DNA of 64,000 bases from Paecilomyces variotii (GCA_004022145.1 RCNU01000006.1); one strand, 5' to 3'; counted from the stretch's first letter, positions 38,745 to 53,697 are shown. Made by a program: numbers and translations. The notes: generated from the letters alone by a model not told the origin.

Positions 38745-41742
38745 ACTGTAGTTCTCCTTACTGGTATCGATTTCCAGAAAAGCTATGCCCTGTGCCAGAT
38801 ATGTCTAGCCCCATATAGCGGTCTTATTCTGCCAGTTGTTGTGTTAATGCTGGTTGCGCAGCGTTCGTTTCAGCGGGAACTGCCGGCGCGTATTTGTCTC
38901 GTGCCTTGTTTGCGCAAACGGCATACAGCAGCAAAAAGCAGAGATATGTCAGAGTCCTATCCAAGCGAAGAAGGAACTATCTGCACAACCATCCAGGGAC
39001 TAGGGTCAGACGCTCTCTCCAGGCCCTTGACTCGGGGAAGTAGACAGCACAATTCAAGCGCAGACCAGCTTCGAAAGAATCGAAAGTATTGCCGCTTGAT
39101 GCTCAACAGGATATAGACGTACAAGAGCACAAAAAATAGCCATCACATGTCACCTTTCAAATGACCGCGGCATTAAGGTCAGTGGAGTCAAGATGACAGT
39201 CGGTAACGAGCTCGCGGAGAATGACCTAGAGTACGCCAATTGAGCCAACTATGGCTGTCTAAAAAGGATCGGCGTTGCATCGTGGGCATTAAGTAGATGG
39301 AACTAGGCATATCGGGATATACACCGATACGGCAACCATGTGCGTCAATTTTGGAACCAATATAGTTTAAACTAGCAAGTGGTAGATCCAAAATTTAGTA
39401 ATTAGTTATGACACAAGATATCTACTACTGTGCAGAGACATTATGGGTAAGGTAATGTCCCTGGTTTCTGCTTCTTTCCTGCAACTAGCTGCCTATTAGT
39501 GATATATGGTTAGCACAAACTGTCACTAGCGAAGGAACCTGCCAGTGTAGTACTATCGTCAGCACTTGCAGCAATAGAAACTGCAATTTCACACGGTATG
39601 CGCAAAGCCGAATCTTAGGATAACGATCTGGCACCCAATAGGGCCCGAACGCTACACATACTAGGGTTTGTCCTGGTGACATTAATTTCAAACCCAGCCG
39701 GCCTTATTGTCGAGTACAGCAAAAGTGGCGTTCTAGATACCATGGGTTGTGGACCAGTACTTAAGCAGCGCTTTGACACCAATTGGACTTTCCCGCTCTT
39801 GTCCTCAGGCCATTTGCAATTGCGTTGTATCGATGATGGCCTGGTCCTAACTGCAAAATCAGGATAGGATACTAGCTGCAGACTCTTCTGTGGATAAAGC
39901 CACGTAGGGCCGGAATCACTCGAAGCTTTTGGAATCATGGCCGAAAGCCATGACATGGGTTGGGATAGCCTGCCGTGGAATACCATCCAATCAATACTCC
40001 AGCTTTCCGGCCCCCGACGGGTTTTCCCCTCAATTTGCATCCCCGGACGGGGATGCAGTGGTGGTGGTGGTGGTGGCTGTTTTGTAGGCAAGGGTTGTGA
40101 GGGTAGCTAATTCGCATTTTGCGGTAGGTCAAGAAGATAGCTGAGAGGGTGTTAGCTATAAACATAAAGACATCCCACAGACCTTCGATTAACACAAGAT
40201 CGACAATGATTTACAGGGCTTAATTCTCCAGAAACAATAACACTCCAGAGCGGTGGGCATTATTGTCTGTGCTTGGTGATTTCGTAACTTGTTCACTAGT
40301 TCACATTAAACTAGATTTAACTTCCTCTACCCCACGGGGACGGACGAACCTTCGAGCTTGTAGTATAAAAGAAAAAGCCCCCGCAGGGCTCGACCATCCG
40401 ACACAAGCCGCGGCCAACGAGGGGTATTTTTTTCGCCACTGAAACCTCTTCTGCGACGACAAACAAGTCTAAAAGAGAGTACACCTGACTCATAGCTTGA
40501 TGGACTGGGTGCTTGGCAACCTTTCATAGAGGGTGCTATTCCATTCCCACTTTAATTTCTCTATTACCCAGAGTGTCTGAAGCAGTTTGGCGCGTGACCA
40601 CAGCGCCGATGACGGCGCTTGGAAATTCTTTCTTCCTTCGAAGCTATTCGAATTGTACTGTACTTACTGTACTTATAACCCATATATGCACTGAAAAGAA
40701 GCTATTACATCTTAACGAGCTTTCATTCCATGGGTTCCACGATGTAGAGAAGTGTATGTCCAGCTAAAATTCAATAACATCCAAAAAGTCTGTCCCAGGA
40801 ACAGAACAAACCCTTGACTAATTACTGCTCTGAATCATTAATTGACTGCGAGTCCTTTGGCGCGACCTAACTCCTAGGGAACATTCTAAGCTAGACCGCT
40901 GCGCCAGGAGCAAAAGACTAGGATTCTTGGGCAACGCCCTAAGAACTGCTCTCGCTATATAAGGACATAGACGTTACATCCTCAACACGAAACCTGGACC
41001 AGGTGAATATAACTAGTGCTTGAGCTCGCAGTATAGTTATAACTAATTCCTAAATTGTATGCTCGTCATAATCTCCGAATAGGTCTAAAATCCCTCTTTT
41101 CCCCCATGAAAAGTAGAAATGGTTGCTATCTCGCTTCCTTAACCAGATGGTCAGTTACGCGACAAACCTTACGCTACATTGATCCCTCCGTGGGAGGATG
41201 CAAGGCCAAAGATAGTATGTTGTCTTTTACAGGGGGGGTTCCTGGGAATGAGTGATTGTCTCAAGAAAATATAGAATAAAATAAAAACATGATAAGCTGT
41301 CATACTTCACTAGATGCTAGTTCGAGGGTACTTTGTCCTTATCTTTCAGACGGGTGGACTGGGTTATTTTTATTTATCTATTTATTTATTATTTTTGGAG
41401 TTTCTTCATCAAGGAAGCAAGAATAGAACTACACCCACGTGAAAAGCAATATCTGACGACGTTCGCTGTATGGTAAAGGCGCAATGGAATACACGGAGTA
41501 AAAGGTACTGAGAACGCTCTAACTATATTGTCTCAAATGAATTAAAAAAGGCAACGCTATGACATCCTTCCAGATGACAGATGTAAGTATATCCACAGCC
41601 CATTAACCAAATCCTTGACGCCGAAACACCGTGTCGAAACTGCTTTGTCCGACATATTCCTCTATGTTTATTTTGTGCAACGCCAGTTCAAGTCTAGAGA
41701 TCCTTCCAATCGCTTGCTCTGAAACAAAAACCATCCATCCCA

Positions 41743-42793
41743 TTAGAACTGCGCCTCGTTGAGAATCTTCACTTCCTCGCCGGGCTTGAATGCGGGCATA
41801 CCGATGAAAGGGCACTAAATAAGTAACAGATAATCAGTATACGGGATTCCAATCCATTTGGCGTTGTGATAAGACTTACCCCTGCACATCTAAACGCATC
41901 ACCCAATGCGCAGTTACCACATGAGCCTGTCTTTCCCTGCACGGTGAAATCTAGTTCGTTCAGATCATCCGCCTGCAGCTTCAATGTGTCCAAGCCCTGA
42001 TCCGCTTTGGCCCGTCGTTCGGCGTCCTCTGCCTCAAGTTGAGCCGCCAGACCGCAAGTGCAGTCCTTGCAAGCTCGACGTCTTTTACCGGCTTTCGGCT
42101 GACACTCTGGGGCTACACAGGCTGTCAGCAAAATGGACGTAGAGAAAGAAGGGAAATATCACGGGTCGACTTACGTGGCACAACAGGTCTCTTCATGTCC
42201 TCTGCTGACAACAGGGTGTCCTCGTCGATCAATTCATCATCATTGCCCAGATCATCCGTGAAATCGATCACAGGAGGCGGGGGAGGAACATTCTTCTTTG
42301 CAGCCGCTTTCTTCGCACCAAAGCGCAGAGGAACGGCGACCGCCGCAGTGGTGTCCGGTTTCTCGAATCCACCATCCTTGTGCACGAGCCCAGCCAGAAC
42401 CGCCTCGCGCGCCTCAGATGCGCCAAAGAAGTTATCCTGTGTCTGTAGCTTCGCACCCGTCTTCATGGCCGGGACAAGTGCAGTGTAGAGCTCCCGCGTG
42501 AGCAGCGGCAGAGCCTCCGACCGCCGCGTGCTATCAGTGTCGGTCAGGACCAAAACCAGATCGTACGTGTTCGAGGGAAGGGAGACGAAGCCGGCAGAGA
42601 GACGGTCCAGCATCTGGAGGTCTGTTGTGGAGCGATCGAAGGTCGTGAAGAGGTTGCGCAGTTTCTCTTCCTGGGTGGCGAATGACGGCGGTGCCAGGAG
42701 AAGCGTGCGCTTTGCAGCGTCGTTCGACTTGAAACTGGGAGGAGCCATGTCCAAGTCGTCGGAAAGATCGATAGTCACAGACGAGTGAGGCAT
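41743..42793 (-). CDS. DRE2: Fe-S cluster assembly protein Dre2 (anamorsin)
   Basis: [71 protein letters not shown]. Confidence 0.96.
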
Positions 42794-43364
42794 TGTTGCT
42801 GGTCGTCTACAGCCAGGGACAAGGAGGGCCAGGAGGATGAAATTTATGAACAGGCAGGACCGCAATCGGACGCTGGCTGACATATCTACCTCGCTCGGGG
42901 CGGGGTAACTGGCTAGATAATCACTAACTGTAGATTACTAAGGCCCCAGCCAATCGACGGCGCTCCGTTACCGTCGCAGGAAACTAATGCCTGATCAAGT
43001 ATTACAATACACTGCTGACCCCGCGGAGATCTCAACGACTTTTTTTCTGTTTGGCGCCCCAGGGGAGGCTGCTAATGGCACGAGGCTAAAATCTAACTAT
43101 CGAAACTCCATGTACGACCCCGTCAGGTAACCCATCCAGAAATACAGAGGACGCCGACAGCCACAATGTATGGTTGGAAAAAATGAGATATTGGCACGAA
43201 CGAAGAAAAGAGGCAAAAGCGAACGGCGGAATTTGTTACAGGCCGATACAAGGGAAAATGGAGATCGCATCATTCGCTGAAGAGCATGTCCAATTATATG
43301 TGACCGTCGTGGGCATCATTATAATGGTGAGAGTCGGGGCGGAGGGAAAAGCCAAGTCAAACGA

Positions 43365-43420
43365 TAAAAAGAGAATGAAAAAAAAGGAGAAGAGAAGAGA
43401 AAAGAAAAGAAAAGAAAACG
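43365..43420. repeat. Polypurine (A/G) low-complexity tract in the DSF2 3' region
   Basis: aaaaagagaatgaaaaaaaaggagaagagaagagaaaagaaaagaaaagaaaac seen directly. Confidence 0.8.
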
Positions 43421-43641
43421 AGAGGACTGGGAATCCAGTCGGAAATAGGGTATCCATCAAAGAATCGAACAATCACGAAGATTATTATGTCCACGCCGCA
43501 TGGTGGATTCAAACAGAAGAGACAACCTGCGCTCCAAGGTGCCCGCATCATCTGCTGAGAAATGTTTTTATGTACGAAAGGAATGCTCAAGCCCTCGACA
43601 AAAGACCGGCCACTCATGTATCCGGCGCTCGCACGCCAGTA

Positions 43642-45841
43642 CTAAGCTGGTACGGATTTCTTCCGCCCAAAGATGCTGCGGGTTCGAGACTTGTTGCGAG
43701 GTTTCTTGTCAGATGTATCTCTCGCGTTCCGGCCCCGCCCCTTGGGGGTAGATTCGTCGTCGGACATGTACTTGTCCTTGTAGATCCTATACATCTGTTA
43801 GTCCCGCACATAGATGACACCAGCGTCTCGACAAAAAAAAGGGCACATACCAACTGTTGCCGACTATATTCATGCCCTTAGCCTCCGCCATACGGTAGAA
43901 CTTTGCCGCCTTCTTCAAGTCTTTCTTGCAACCCACGCCCTCTGCGTAGCAAAAACCTGCCTCGGCCAAAGCATCCGCATCTCCCCAATGGCCGGCGATT
44001 TCGAAACAACGTAGGGCCAGAGCCTTGTCCTGTTCGATTCCCCAGCCATTGAGGTGACTGACTCCGAGCTCATAGATACTGAGCGCAAATTGCGCGCGGT
44101 GTGTCTTCTGGTCTGCAATGTCTTTCATCTTGGCTGTTGTACTTGCCGCACTGTCATCAATGACTTCCAGGCCGGCTGAATCGACAGCCTTTCGCAACCA
44201 CTGAACGCCCTCCCGCTGGTTGGGGCGCATACCCCAGCCGTGTCTGCAGGCTAGAGCGTACATCAGCATTGCTGTCGGATGATTTTGCATGGCAGCAATG
44301 CGTAGATGGTAGGTAGACTCTTTCAGAGATCCGTCTTGATGGCACTGGATGCCTTTGGCAAGGTGCTCTTCCGCAGTTAGATGGTGCGAAGATGCTGCAC
44401 TCTTACCGGTCTGTGGCCGCAGTGTACTAGCGGAACCCGCCGAAGTAGACTTTGCATCTTCTCGATCTTCGCCCGTGGATGTGTCGGCATGCGCTTCAGA
44501 ACGGGGAAGGTCCGCAGACAGACGAGGTGGTGGCTTTGATGCATTTTGGGCATTTTCCAGATTTCTTGCTGGTGAGCCGTGCACAGAGGATGCTTTCAGC
44601 GACCGTTCGGGTGCCTTGAGACTGGCTTCCCGAGCGGGAGTAGGTGATGGAGACCGAGACCGAGACTGATAAAATCTTGGAGGGTTGCTTCCTGCACTGG
44701 GAGGAGGGGAACTCTCAAATAACGGCTCTTGCCACTCAAAATGCGGCGTCTGCAAGCCTGAAAAGACCGTTGAATTCCTGGAAACAGACCGGCCCCGCGG
44801 GAGCGCATATTTGCTGTACACATACGAAGAGCTTGGTCGGTCATCCTCTGGAAGCATAATCGGTCCAGGTCGATTCTCTCTGTTAAGCGCACCATGCGGG
44901 GCCTCAGCTCCCACCGGTGAGGGTGCAGAAAGACTCGTGCTCGAGCGGCTCATCGGCCGAGAGAAGTTGAACGACGGACGGGGTAGATGAGGAGCAGTGT
45001 TCGAAGCTTCAGAACTCAAGGATGGCGAACGAGGATGCGTCCGCGGATAAGGTGACATGGGAGAGTGTGGCATCGACATAGCGCTGCTGGAAGACATCTT
45101 TCGCGGCTTTGAGAACGTGGAACCGGCATTGGAGCTCGTATAGTCGTCGTCTGAGCTCTCCATATGAGTGCTTCGGGAGCTACTGTGTGGTCGACGGTAG
45201 GGAGAGACCGGCGGTGCGAGGCTGGGAAATGCACTAGATCGCGAAAATGATTCCATTGATGATTCTCGCGACGGCCCTGATGCGGAATCTCCAAATGCGC
45301 CCCTCACAGCGAGCCCATGGGTCCCATCTGTTGACCGAATCGACATATCCTCCGCAGGGGATTCCGAGCGCGTTTGGGAAAAATAGTCGGCTCCATCGTT
45401 GGAATCCGTAGGCACCTTCATGGGAGTCTGATCATTATCTTCTCCATCTTTCAAGGCTTCGAGATTCGGGACACCGCTCAACCGTGGGTGTTCGGACTGC
45501 GGTCTGAATCTCGGCTCTTCGACCTCCGGACTGCTGCCATGATCGGGACTTTTGGTCGCATGCGACCCTGCTGACGAAGGAGAACGGAAGTATCCTGGCC
45601 TTGGTCGCGACAAAGATCTTGCGACGCTGGAGGGTGGTAACCGGCTCAGGCGCCGGTCTCTTCGCATCGACTCATCGAGTTGCTTGGCCAACAGTCGTCC
45701 CTGGGCGGCGAACGCATCCAGCGGAGACAGGGCTGGAGGGATCTCGCCATCGAAGTGTTCGACTCGGGGAGACGGTATCGCAATCCTTGCTCCTTCGCCC
45801 GTCCGCGAAGGTAGCTCAATCTGACCTGGCGGGTTCCCCAT
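43642..45841 (-). CDS. DSF2: Dsf2/Nif1-like protein with C-terminal Sel1-like repeats
   Basis: IPPALSPLDAFAAQGRLLAKQL; Ser-rich middle; AMLMYALACRHGWG, YELGVSHLNGWG, WGDADALAEAGFCYAEGVGCKKDLKKAAKFYR, GNSW|IYKDKY; one intron near the 3' end. Confidence 0.88.
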
Positions 45842-48800
45842 CACGGTGGATCCCGGTACACCAAACGGTCAATAACTCGTTCAGAACTAGGTACCTGATC
45901 AGATCAGTATCGTATAGTATAGTGTAATCGAAGAGGCCGTTTGTTCAACGGATCGGTTCGATGGGTGAGAGCGCTGTGTGAACAGTCAAAGGGTCTGGGG
46001 CGCAGTCGCTGAAGCGCTCATCGACTCTCTGTTTCGCATCAAGCTGATACTGTGGCGTAAGTAGTCGATCCGTCGAGGAGAGATGAGCCTGAGTGGGAGT
46101 TGTCTTCGTCGCAATCTTCTGCTTTTCTCGAAACAGTCGTAGAAAAGGGCCAGGGCGGACGGGGTTAACAAAGGAGTGACAGGCTCGATTGGTAGGGAAC
46201 GGACAGCTCGAATCAGCAAGCCAGGCCGTGGGAGCAGAATGGGAAAACAGAGACGGGGTGGGAATCGAAGTTGTAGTACAAGCGATAGACGTGCAGAGTG
46301 ACTCTGATCACAACAGAGCAGCAACGGCTCTGCAGGAGAGAAGGAAGAGGGCGGGAGTTCAGCAGGCGCAGCTGGAACACTTGAGGATCGTTGGAAGCAT
46401 CGCAGAAGCCAGAGAAAGGCATGCCAGCGAGAGAGACTCCACGCTGGAGTGGGCTGTTGAACCTCAAACCCTGGTAACCACCGTTTGGTCTCAGGGGCAT
46501 CGCATCGTCGTCCCCCTTCCCGCTGCTAGAGGGGAACTAGCTCGCCTGCGAATGGCTCGACCGGATTTCCCAGAGGGGCTTTTTTTGCGTTCTAACTTGT
46601 GCTATCTATCCCACGATCCACCATTCTAGGTTGTCCTAACCCGCCGTGAGCTATTATTATTATTCTGCGTGAGACGGCCAAATCCAACGCTCCTCGTCGT
46701 GGTTGGCGATTCTTCTAGTTAGTAGTCTACTCATACTGACTGTTGAGAACAGACATTATTATTATTGCGGATCCATTCGTCATGGGCCAAACCCATCCTC
46801 GACGGCGTGCCAGCTAGAAAAACAACGCGCTTCCATCCTTGGCCTGAGCTGCCGCCAAGCCCATCATTTAAAATATTAAAATACTAGCCCGTTGTCTCTT
46901 TCTCCCCTTTGGGGCCGTCCCAGGTTGAGCATGGATATAGTGATCTTCATCGTGACGGGCCGCCAACCGCGAATGGCGACTGTCGCGTGTCTCACTTGCA
47001 TCTCAAGATCTTCCTGTTGCTCACCGACCCTGACAGACGGTCCCGTATCTGGATCTTGGGGTTGCCCTTATTTCTCACCATCGGCCCCCCGTCCATCTCG
47101 AACCCTGCAAGGCCTCATGGTCGGAGATTCACCCTTGGCGTCGCTACTCCGGACGCCATGGCTGTCTGAGACGCCAATGAGCTGTCGCAAGGGCTGAGAC
47201 AGGGACCTCGACGCCTGAGGAATCTAGCGAATCTGCGCTTTTAGCCGATAAGCTAATATCACTCTATCTACTCCGTACATCTATCTACAACTGTTGCCGT
47301 TGTTACTACTATTCAGTACACTATCTATGCGTGGTCTAGGCAAGGGCGACAGAGTAGTCTGCAGATCCAGCTGGCCTTGCTCATGAGGGAGAAGAAAAAC
47401 ACATTTCCTTGCCTATCTACACATCTCATTCTAACTGATCAGTCAGGGACAGACAACAATTAGGAGGGATGATCGGGAGAGCATAACTCGCCTCCTTGCC
47501 ATAAGCAGCCGGTCATGTTTAAGCATAATAACCGACGACCATGTTTCGACTCTCACGGTAGGCTGAGACGACAAGTTCCCGGCCACTGTTTTGCTTTTGC
47601 CCTTTGAGAAATATCACCGATTCTTCGGGCGGAATTTCCTCCGCGATCCCGTCAGGAGGGATTTGGTCTATCATAAAGCACTTTCTAACTAGTAGTATCT
47701 TAAGGTAGATGGTTTGTAGCCACAATTGCAGGCCGTTCATTGCAAAGGATGTATTCGGATTAGGGGCTTACTTCATAGTAAGGGTCAAAAGATTAGACAT
47801 GTTTTAAGGTTATATATGCACGTCAAAATAAAATAAATAGTTTTCTCCACGGCGTTGGAGTGGCACTTCCAAGGGCCCTTCCGCCGTCTTTGCTCGAAAG
47901 GATACATAGTTAAAGCCTGCTCAGATATAACAGCCATCTCATTTTAATGTCTTATCCTTTAAGGACTAGAAAATCAAATAGAGCATATAATATCCATCTC
48001 CTCTTGACTACTAAATCCAACAGTTTCCGCCCTGTGCTAGCTATGTACTGTAGTAACTGAACTATCAGGTCTGATTTCAAATCGGCTAGTTACCATTCAA
48101 CTTCAGGGGATAACTACCTACCCCACCCGTCCCGAGATCACAATTCCTAATGACAGTTTGAGTCTAACTACCGTACGAAGTACATCTAACTTTCTCGACA
48201 TCCAGACTCATCAACATACAAAGACGATCAAATCCATATAACAGGAAATGAAGTCTGAAAACCTTAGCGAGATGGAATGAGAGAGGACTTAACTACATAC
48301 CCTACGTAATTGGTGCCAAGTAGTTACTACGTACCCCAAAAGCCAATACATAATGACCACTTCCCCTTTTTTCTTTTCCATATCTCAAAATCTGCCAAGC
48401 AGATACATTTCCCTCTACTCTTCTACTAGTCTAGACCAATCACAGTTAAGAATCTCGTAGCGTGCATTCCTGAACCTCATGTCGGATCTTTTTTACTTAA
48501 CTTCTGACAACTTTTTTTTTTTAGCTTTTCATCCCAGTATCTGTCGGCTATGCTACAACGGAAGAATCTAAACGTTCCATTCCATTTCAAGCAGCCCTGC
48601 ACGTCATTGATCATCCTGGTACGTCATATCGGTTGATAATTATAGGAGGATTCATGCATGATTACGAGAGTGGGAATCTCGTGCCATTGACACTTCTCGG
48701 GAGGGGTGGGTTGTTGGTGGTGTCGGTATTATATACTTTCTTCTCTTCTCCCGGCTTCTATTTTGTCTTAGAGATCAATGTGGCTGGCTATTCACGAGAA

Positions 48801-49720
48801 CCACAATAACAGAAGTATAGGTTCATTTATTTATACCCGATGGATTCAAGAGTTACACAGAATATCAGGTGTTGTCATCAAGATGTCCCAGAAACTACCA
48901 TATTCCAGAACAACAAGTGTGGCTGACTCCAGCCTCCTCCAGAACATTTAAAAGAATGACGTTGCTGCCATTAACCCCTCTTACGAGGAATGTATCATCT
49001 GAGCCGAGAGAACATCAAGATACAGGAAGTAAAAAAGCCATTGTCTGTTCAAGTCGCGCCCACCCTCCCTCTTGACATGTTTTGAGAGGACGCCGCTGGA
49101 ATGTATAAGGTGCTAAAATACATGACGGCAACGCACTGGCCATCTCGCCGCGCCTGCATCGAGCTGACATGCCTTGCCGAGGCGTTTAGTTTCTCCTTTG
49201 ACTATGGTACTCGGCCAGATCCTAAGGGCCCTTCTAGGCTTGATATGGGGTCTTGGAAGTAGAGGGCTTGGTTGGTTTGCACTGGAGAGGCGATAGTGCC
49301 AATGTGCATTTGCGAAACTATGAGATGGGAAAAGAGCCATAGATTTTAGGCTGGCCGTTGCCCCAGACATCGGAAGAAAACTCCACTCGTAAATCCTTCC
49401 CTGTCCTCATGATAATGCCTCTGATGATCTTTATACAGGAAAAACCAGCCAAATGCTTGCTATACATGAACAAAATTAGAACCCCGGTTTTCTTCAACAA
49501 TGGTCAAAGTGAGCGGGTATATGATCCCAAGCGCTCTAGTGAGCGCTGAAAAAGAGTATCCCGGACTTGTCAATGAAGGAACGCGGTGGCAGCCCAGTCC
49601 TCTATGAAAAGCCTGATATAGAAAGTGGAGAGTGTAAGAGAGAGGGTATATGCGAGGAAATATTGCAGTTTGCGCATCTCGCTGGGGCAAAGAACGCCAT
49701 ACACCTCACCGTGGGAGTGA

Positions 49721-51273
49721 TTAGACCTTTTCCCACCCGGTCTCACTGCTGTTACCGCTACCAGCGCTGTCCCAACCAGCAGCAGGTCCCGTTCTCAGTC
49801 CAAACATCCATCCAACGAGATTCCCAGGAAGCCAGTCTCCGATGAACCCGTAAGTCCGAGATCCCCGACCGACATACATCACTGTTGTCTTAGGTTTTCT
49901 CTTGCCAAAAATCGACTTCTGTCGCGGCGCTAGGGCATCAAACACAGCGTAGTGCAGGTTTCTCGCAGGTGAGCCGCGCACGGTGCTAGCACCCGTTGAG
50001 GTCACGGGACGGTGATCGATGCTAGCGAGATACGGTGAGCCATATAGCGCTCGCTGCTGCGAGTTCCACGTAAGAACCTCTGTGCCCGCGACATGACCGT
50101 GTGTGTTACGGAACTGAGAACCGAGGTCTATGCTACCCAGTCGCATCTCCACGACGTCTATGTTGTTGTGTCGAAGAAGACGTAACTCCCGTCGTAGTGA
50201 AGTAGCAAATCCTGAAATGGCACGGGTTGTCGTGACCTCCGGGCCAGAAAATGGTGCGGAGAGTGATGAGGAGATAGAAGGATAGAGGAACAAGATAGTG
50301 CTGTTGGTATTTCGCAGCGTGAGGAGCGGCAGGAATATCTGCGCCGTCAATATGGGAGATAGAAGACGCGCATTCACCGTGTCGGCCCAGCTCGACGGCG
50401 GAATCGTAGCTACAGGTCCCGTCGGGTATATCGGGGAAGGAAGGAGGATCAAGCCACTCAGCTGGCACGTATGAGGCGGAACACCAGGCATCGGAGACTG
50501 GGGCTGAGTTATCAGATTCCGGATCTCATGCAGAGACGGATGGATATCTGATGGCGTCGAAGGTGTCTATAGTCATGTCAGTATCACTCCAGTATGTGAT
50601 CATCCGAGCTGAACACGCACCGTTGTCAGATCCAGCCAAAGAGCTCGAATATCTTGTCGATTCTCTGATCGCACAACATGTTCCTCGTCTGCAGATGAAA
50701 CGGTAATATAGACGATGAATCCGCGGCGTTCAAGATCGGTAGCGATGGCTTTCACCATGGGTTCATGCGGCGACCCGGCGATAACTACCCAAAGTCAGCA
50801 TTTGAACATTTTTCTCGCGCGCATGCATCATGTACCGATAATTTCTTTCCGCGCCCCATTAATGGCTCGTCGCGCTTTTCGTTTCTTCCCACTAAGCTGA
50901 CTGCTGCCGTATATAAGGAGACCACCGGTGCCGACGAAGGCGAAGATAGCCGCAGTCCATGCCCGATGTCGGAAACTCCAGTCGCGCACGCGACCAATGA
51001 CTGACTGAGGCGAGGAAGGCAGACTGAAACCGTGTGGTTCTCTCGACGGAGGCCGGATCGCAGGAGGTATCCATGATTGTTGCGCAAGCGTTTCTCGCAC
51101 TACAGAGGCTGCGTGTTCGACGTGACGGTCGATAGAATCTGCGACCTGGAACGAGTATCTCTTTACGTCATTCGGGATCGAGGAAAGCTGCAAATATGGT
51201 CAGCGCAGGATAGAAATTTTCGGTTCATGTTATTCCTCACATAATCAAAGAAGAACTGATCGTCGCTCGTCAT
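49721..51273 (-). CDS. DUF1776-like fungal protein (degenerate SDR fold)
   Basis: MTSDDQFFFDY|LSSIP, KRKARRAINGARKEII|VIAGSPHEPMVKAIATDLERRGFIVY, LPSPIYPTGP, RGSPARNLHYAVFDAL; multi-exon. Confidence 0.85.
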
Positions 51274-52254
51274 CTTGAACCGGGTTAAAGATGTAAACCG
51301 CTATCAAAAGAAGTTGTGAAGAAGTCTGTTGGCCGATAAGAGGGGATTATCTGATTGACGATCACATGACTGCCTTTCGTATCAATAGCGCAAGTTAGAT
51401 CCGAGGCGCGCCGTGAGCAGCGGATGCGGTCATACAGTAGAGAATAACATATGAAAACATATGAAAACGCAGAATTAAGCTTACAAGTGGATGGTAACGA
51501 TCTAATTGTCGCGACAATACCGAATTAGATGGTGCTTATCCGATCCCGAGCCCTTCTACTCCGGCTTAAGTATGCGCGAATGAGACATGCCCGAGCTCAT
51601 TGGTCTTCAGAACATACCTCAAACACCATAATGCTTCATCTCTACGATATGATCTCATATTCTCAGATAAATATCACCTCACAATCCAGTCTCCGACTGT
51701 ACATTTATCATGGTTTGGACCGTTAAGCAGCGAGGTTTTTAGCCCGTCCTGCTTGAACTGGCCTTAAACTTGTATATATCATATAGAGCTTAGATATTTT
51801 GATCTTACGCCATCTATGAACAGTCAATCTGCAGAGAACCAGTATGAATAAAAATAGTACAATGAGGCTTTAATATACGGAATAAACCCATGAGCTCAAA
51901 ATATCAGCTTTTTCGGGTTAAACATGGTCCAAGATCAGCCGCTAAAAGGGGGTGGTCGCCCATTGGCTAATCGCCGTCGCTCCTCAATAATAATAACAAT
52001 GCTGACCCCGAGAACGCAAACATCGAGATATACTTAACCAGGTACCTTTCCAGCGGCCAACTTCCCTTATCAGAGTACCGGTCAATGGACTACTTCTCCG
52101 TTATCTGATCCTTCACCCCGTTCTTCCATATCTGTATCACGTACACCGTTTGCAACAACTCGGTTAGCGCTACCCCAGTATGGACATAGCCCAAGGCTCA
52201 AACTAACCACTGAAGCGCACCAGCAGCTTATAACTTACTCATCTCTTTGTGGAT

Positions 52255-53697
52255 ATGTACCTTAGAAGAATTATTCAGTCTGCTCCCTGTAAACCGTCCC
52301 CCCACCCGGCAAAGTTACTCCCTACGGCAGATTTGATTGAGGAAGAGCACATCCCCCATTATAAGCCTCAGCACTTTTATCCTGTACGTCTTCATGAAAC
52401 ACTCAACGACCGATACCAAATCGCCGCCAAAATAGGCTGGGGAACAAGTTCAACAGTATGGCTAGCACGCGATCTCCACCAGTATGTGAAGATTATCTGA
52501 TAATATATTCAAGCCTCGTCTTACTATATCACAGGTGGCGATGGCTTCCGCCCCGATATGTGGCCATCAAAGTCAAGGACAGCAATTATGCATCTCAAGA
52601 GTCTGCGGAGAAGGAGCTGCGCATTACTGAGCATATAACCAAAGCTAATCTCCAGCATCGAGGTCGCAACTTTGTCGCCACCTTGTTAGACTCGTTTCGT
52701 GTTGCTAGCTCGGGCGGCACTCATATTTGCATGGTCTTCGATGCTCTTTGTGAACCCCTATGGATGCTGAAGCGTCGTTTCGAAGGAAACACCATCCCTC
52801 TCGACGTCTTGAAGCCGGTGTCTAAACTCATACTAGAAGGACTACGGTACCTCCACTCCGAATGCCACGTTATTCACACAGGTAACTACTCCGTAGTCAT
52901 CCAACCGACCCACTCCTAGGATCAGTCACAGCTAACAGACAAACAAGATCTCAAGTCCGATAATATCTTACTGGCCCTACGCAACCCCTCTATCCTGGAC
53001 TCGATCGCACAAGATGAGATAAACAATCCCTCTCCACGGAAGCAACTGGACGATCGGGACATATACTTATCCCGAAATTACTGGGGACTCTCGCCCGACG
53101 AACTGGGTAGACCGGTAATAACTGACTTTGGGCTTACTACGCGCGGTGACGGCCCCCCGAACAGCCACCCCATTCAGCCAGAGGGATATAGGGCCCCGGA
53201 AGTTTGTCTCGGGGGCAATTGGAGCTACAGTGCTGACGTTTGGAACTTGGGAGTTATGGTGAAGACCTCGCTATCCTAATCCTAATCACCACTAATAGTC
53301 TATCAGCTTTGGGACCTGTTCTATGGCCGCGGACTCTTCGACACATCACCGAACTCGCGTGGTTCATGCTCTGCAGACGAAGCCTATCTCGGCCAGATAA
53401 TTTCTCTCCTGGGGCCCCCTCCACCAGATCTTCTCGGCCGGGGAAAAGAAATATCTCGGTATTTTGACGCTAAAGGTATGCTAGCTATGTTCTAACTAGG
53501 CACAGCTAACTGATTCGATAGGACAATTCAAATTTCCCGAGCTTATTGGAAAGAAGGACCTGGTCTCTATGGGTAAAGAAATTGATGATGACGACGGAAT
53601 GCCCCGGTTTGTAGATTTTATTTCTAGAATGTTGCGCTGGAGGCCCGAGGACCGGGCCACGGCGGAGGACCTGCTTTCCCACCCGTGGCTTCCGTAA
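52255..53697 (+). CDS. SRPK-like (CMGC) Ser/Thr protein kinase
   Basis: [81 protein letters not shown]; four introns with frames apparently intact. Start uncertain. Confidence 0.88.

Noticed and set aside
37908-39116. 163-aa and 218-aa plus-strand ORFs antisense to the DUF3712-like gene
   Set aside because: They overlap a well-formed spliced gene on the opposite strand and show no protein-family features.
43174-43881. 235-aa ORF with a K/R/E-rich tract
   Set aside because: It is a translation of a polypurine tract in the DSF2 3' region plus the antisense of the DSF2 last exon.
47570-47775. GGGGCTTAC resembling the RNase MRP/P CR-V motif
   Set aside because: The matching 5' P4 strand (GAAAGTCCCC-like) is not properly present; only caagttcccgg is seen, so the evidence is insufficient.
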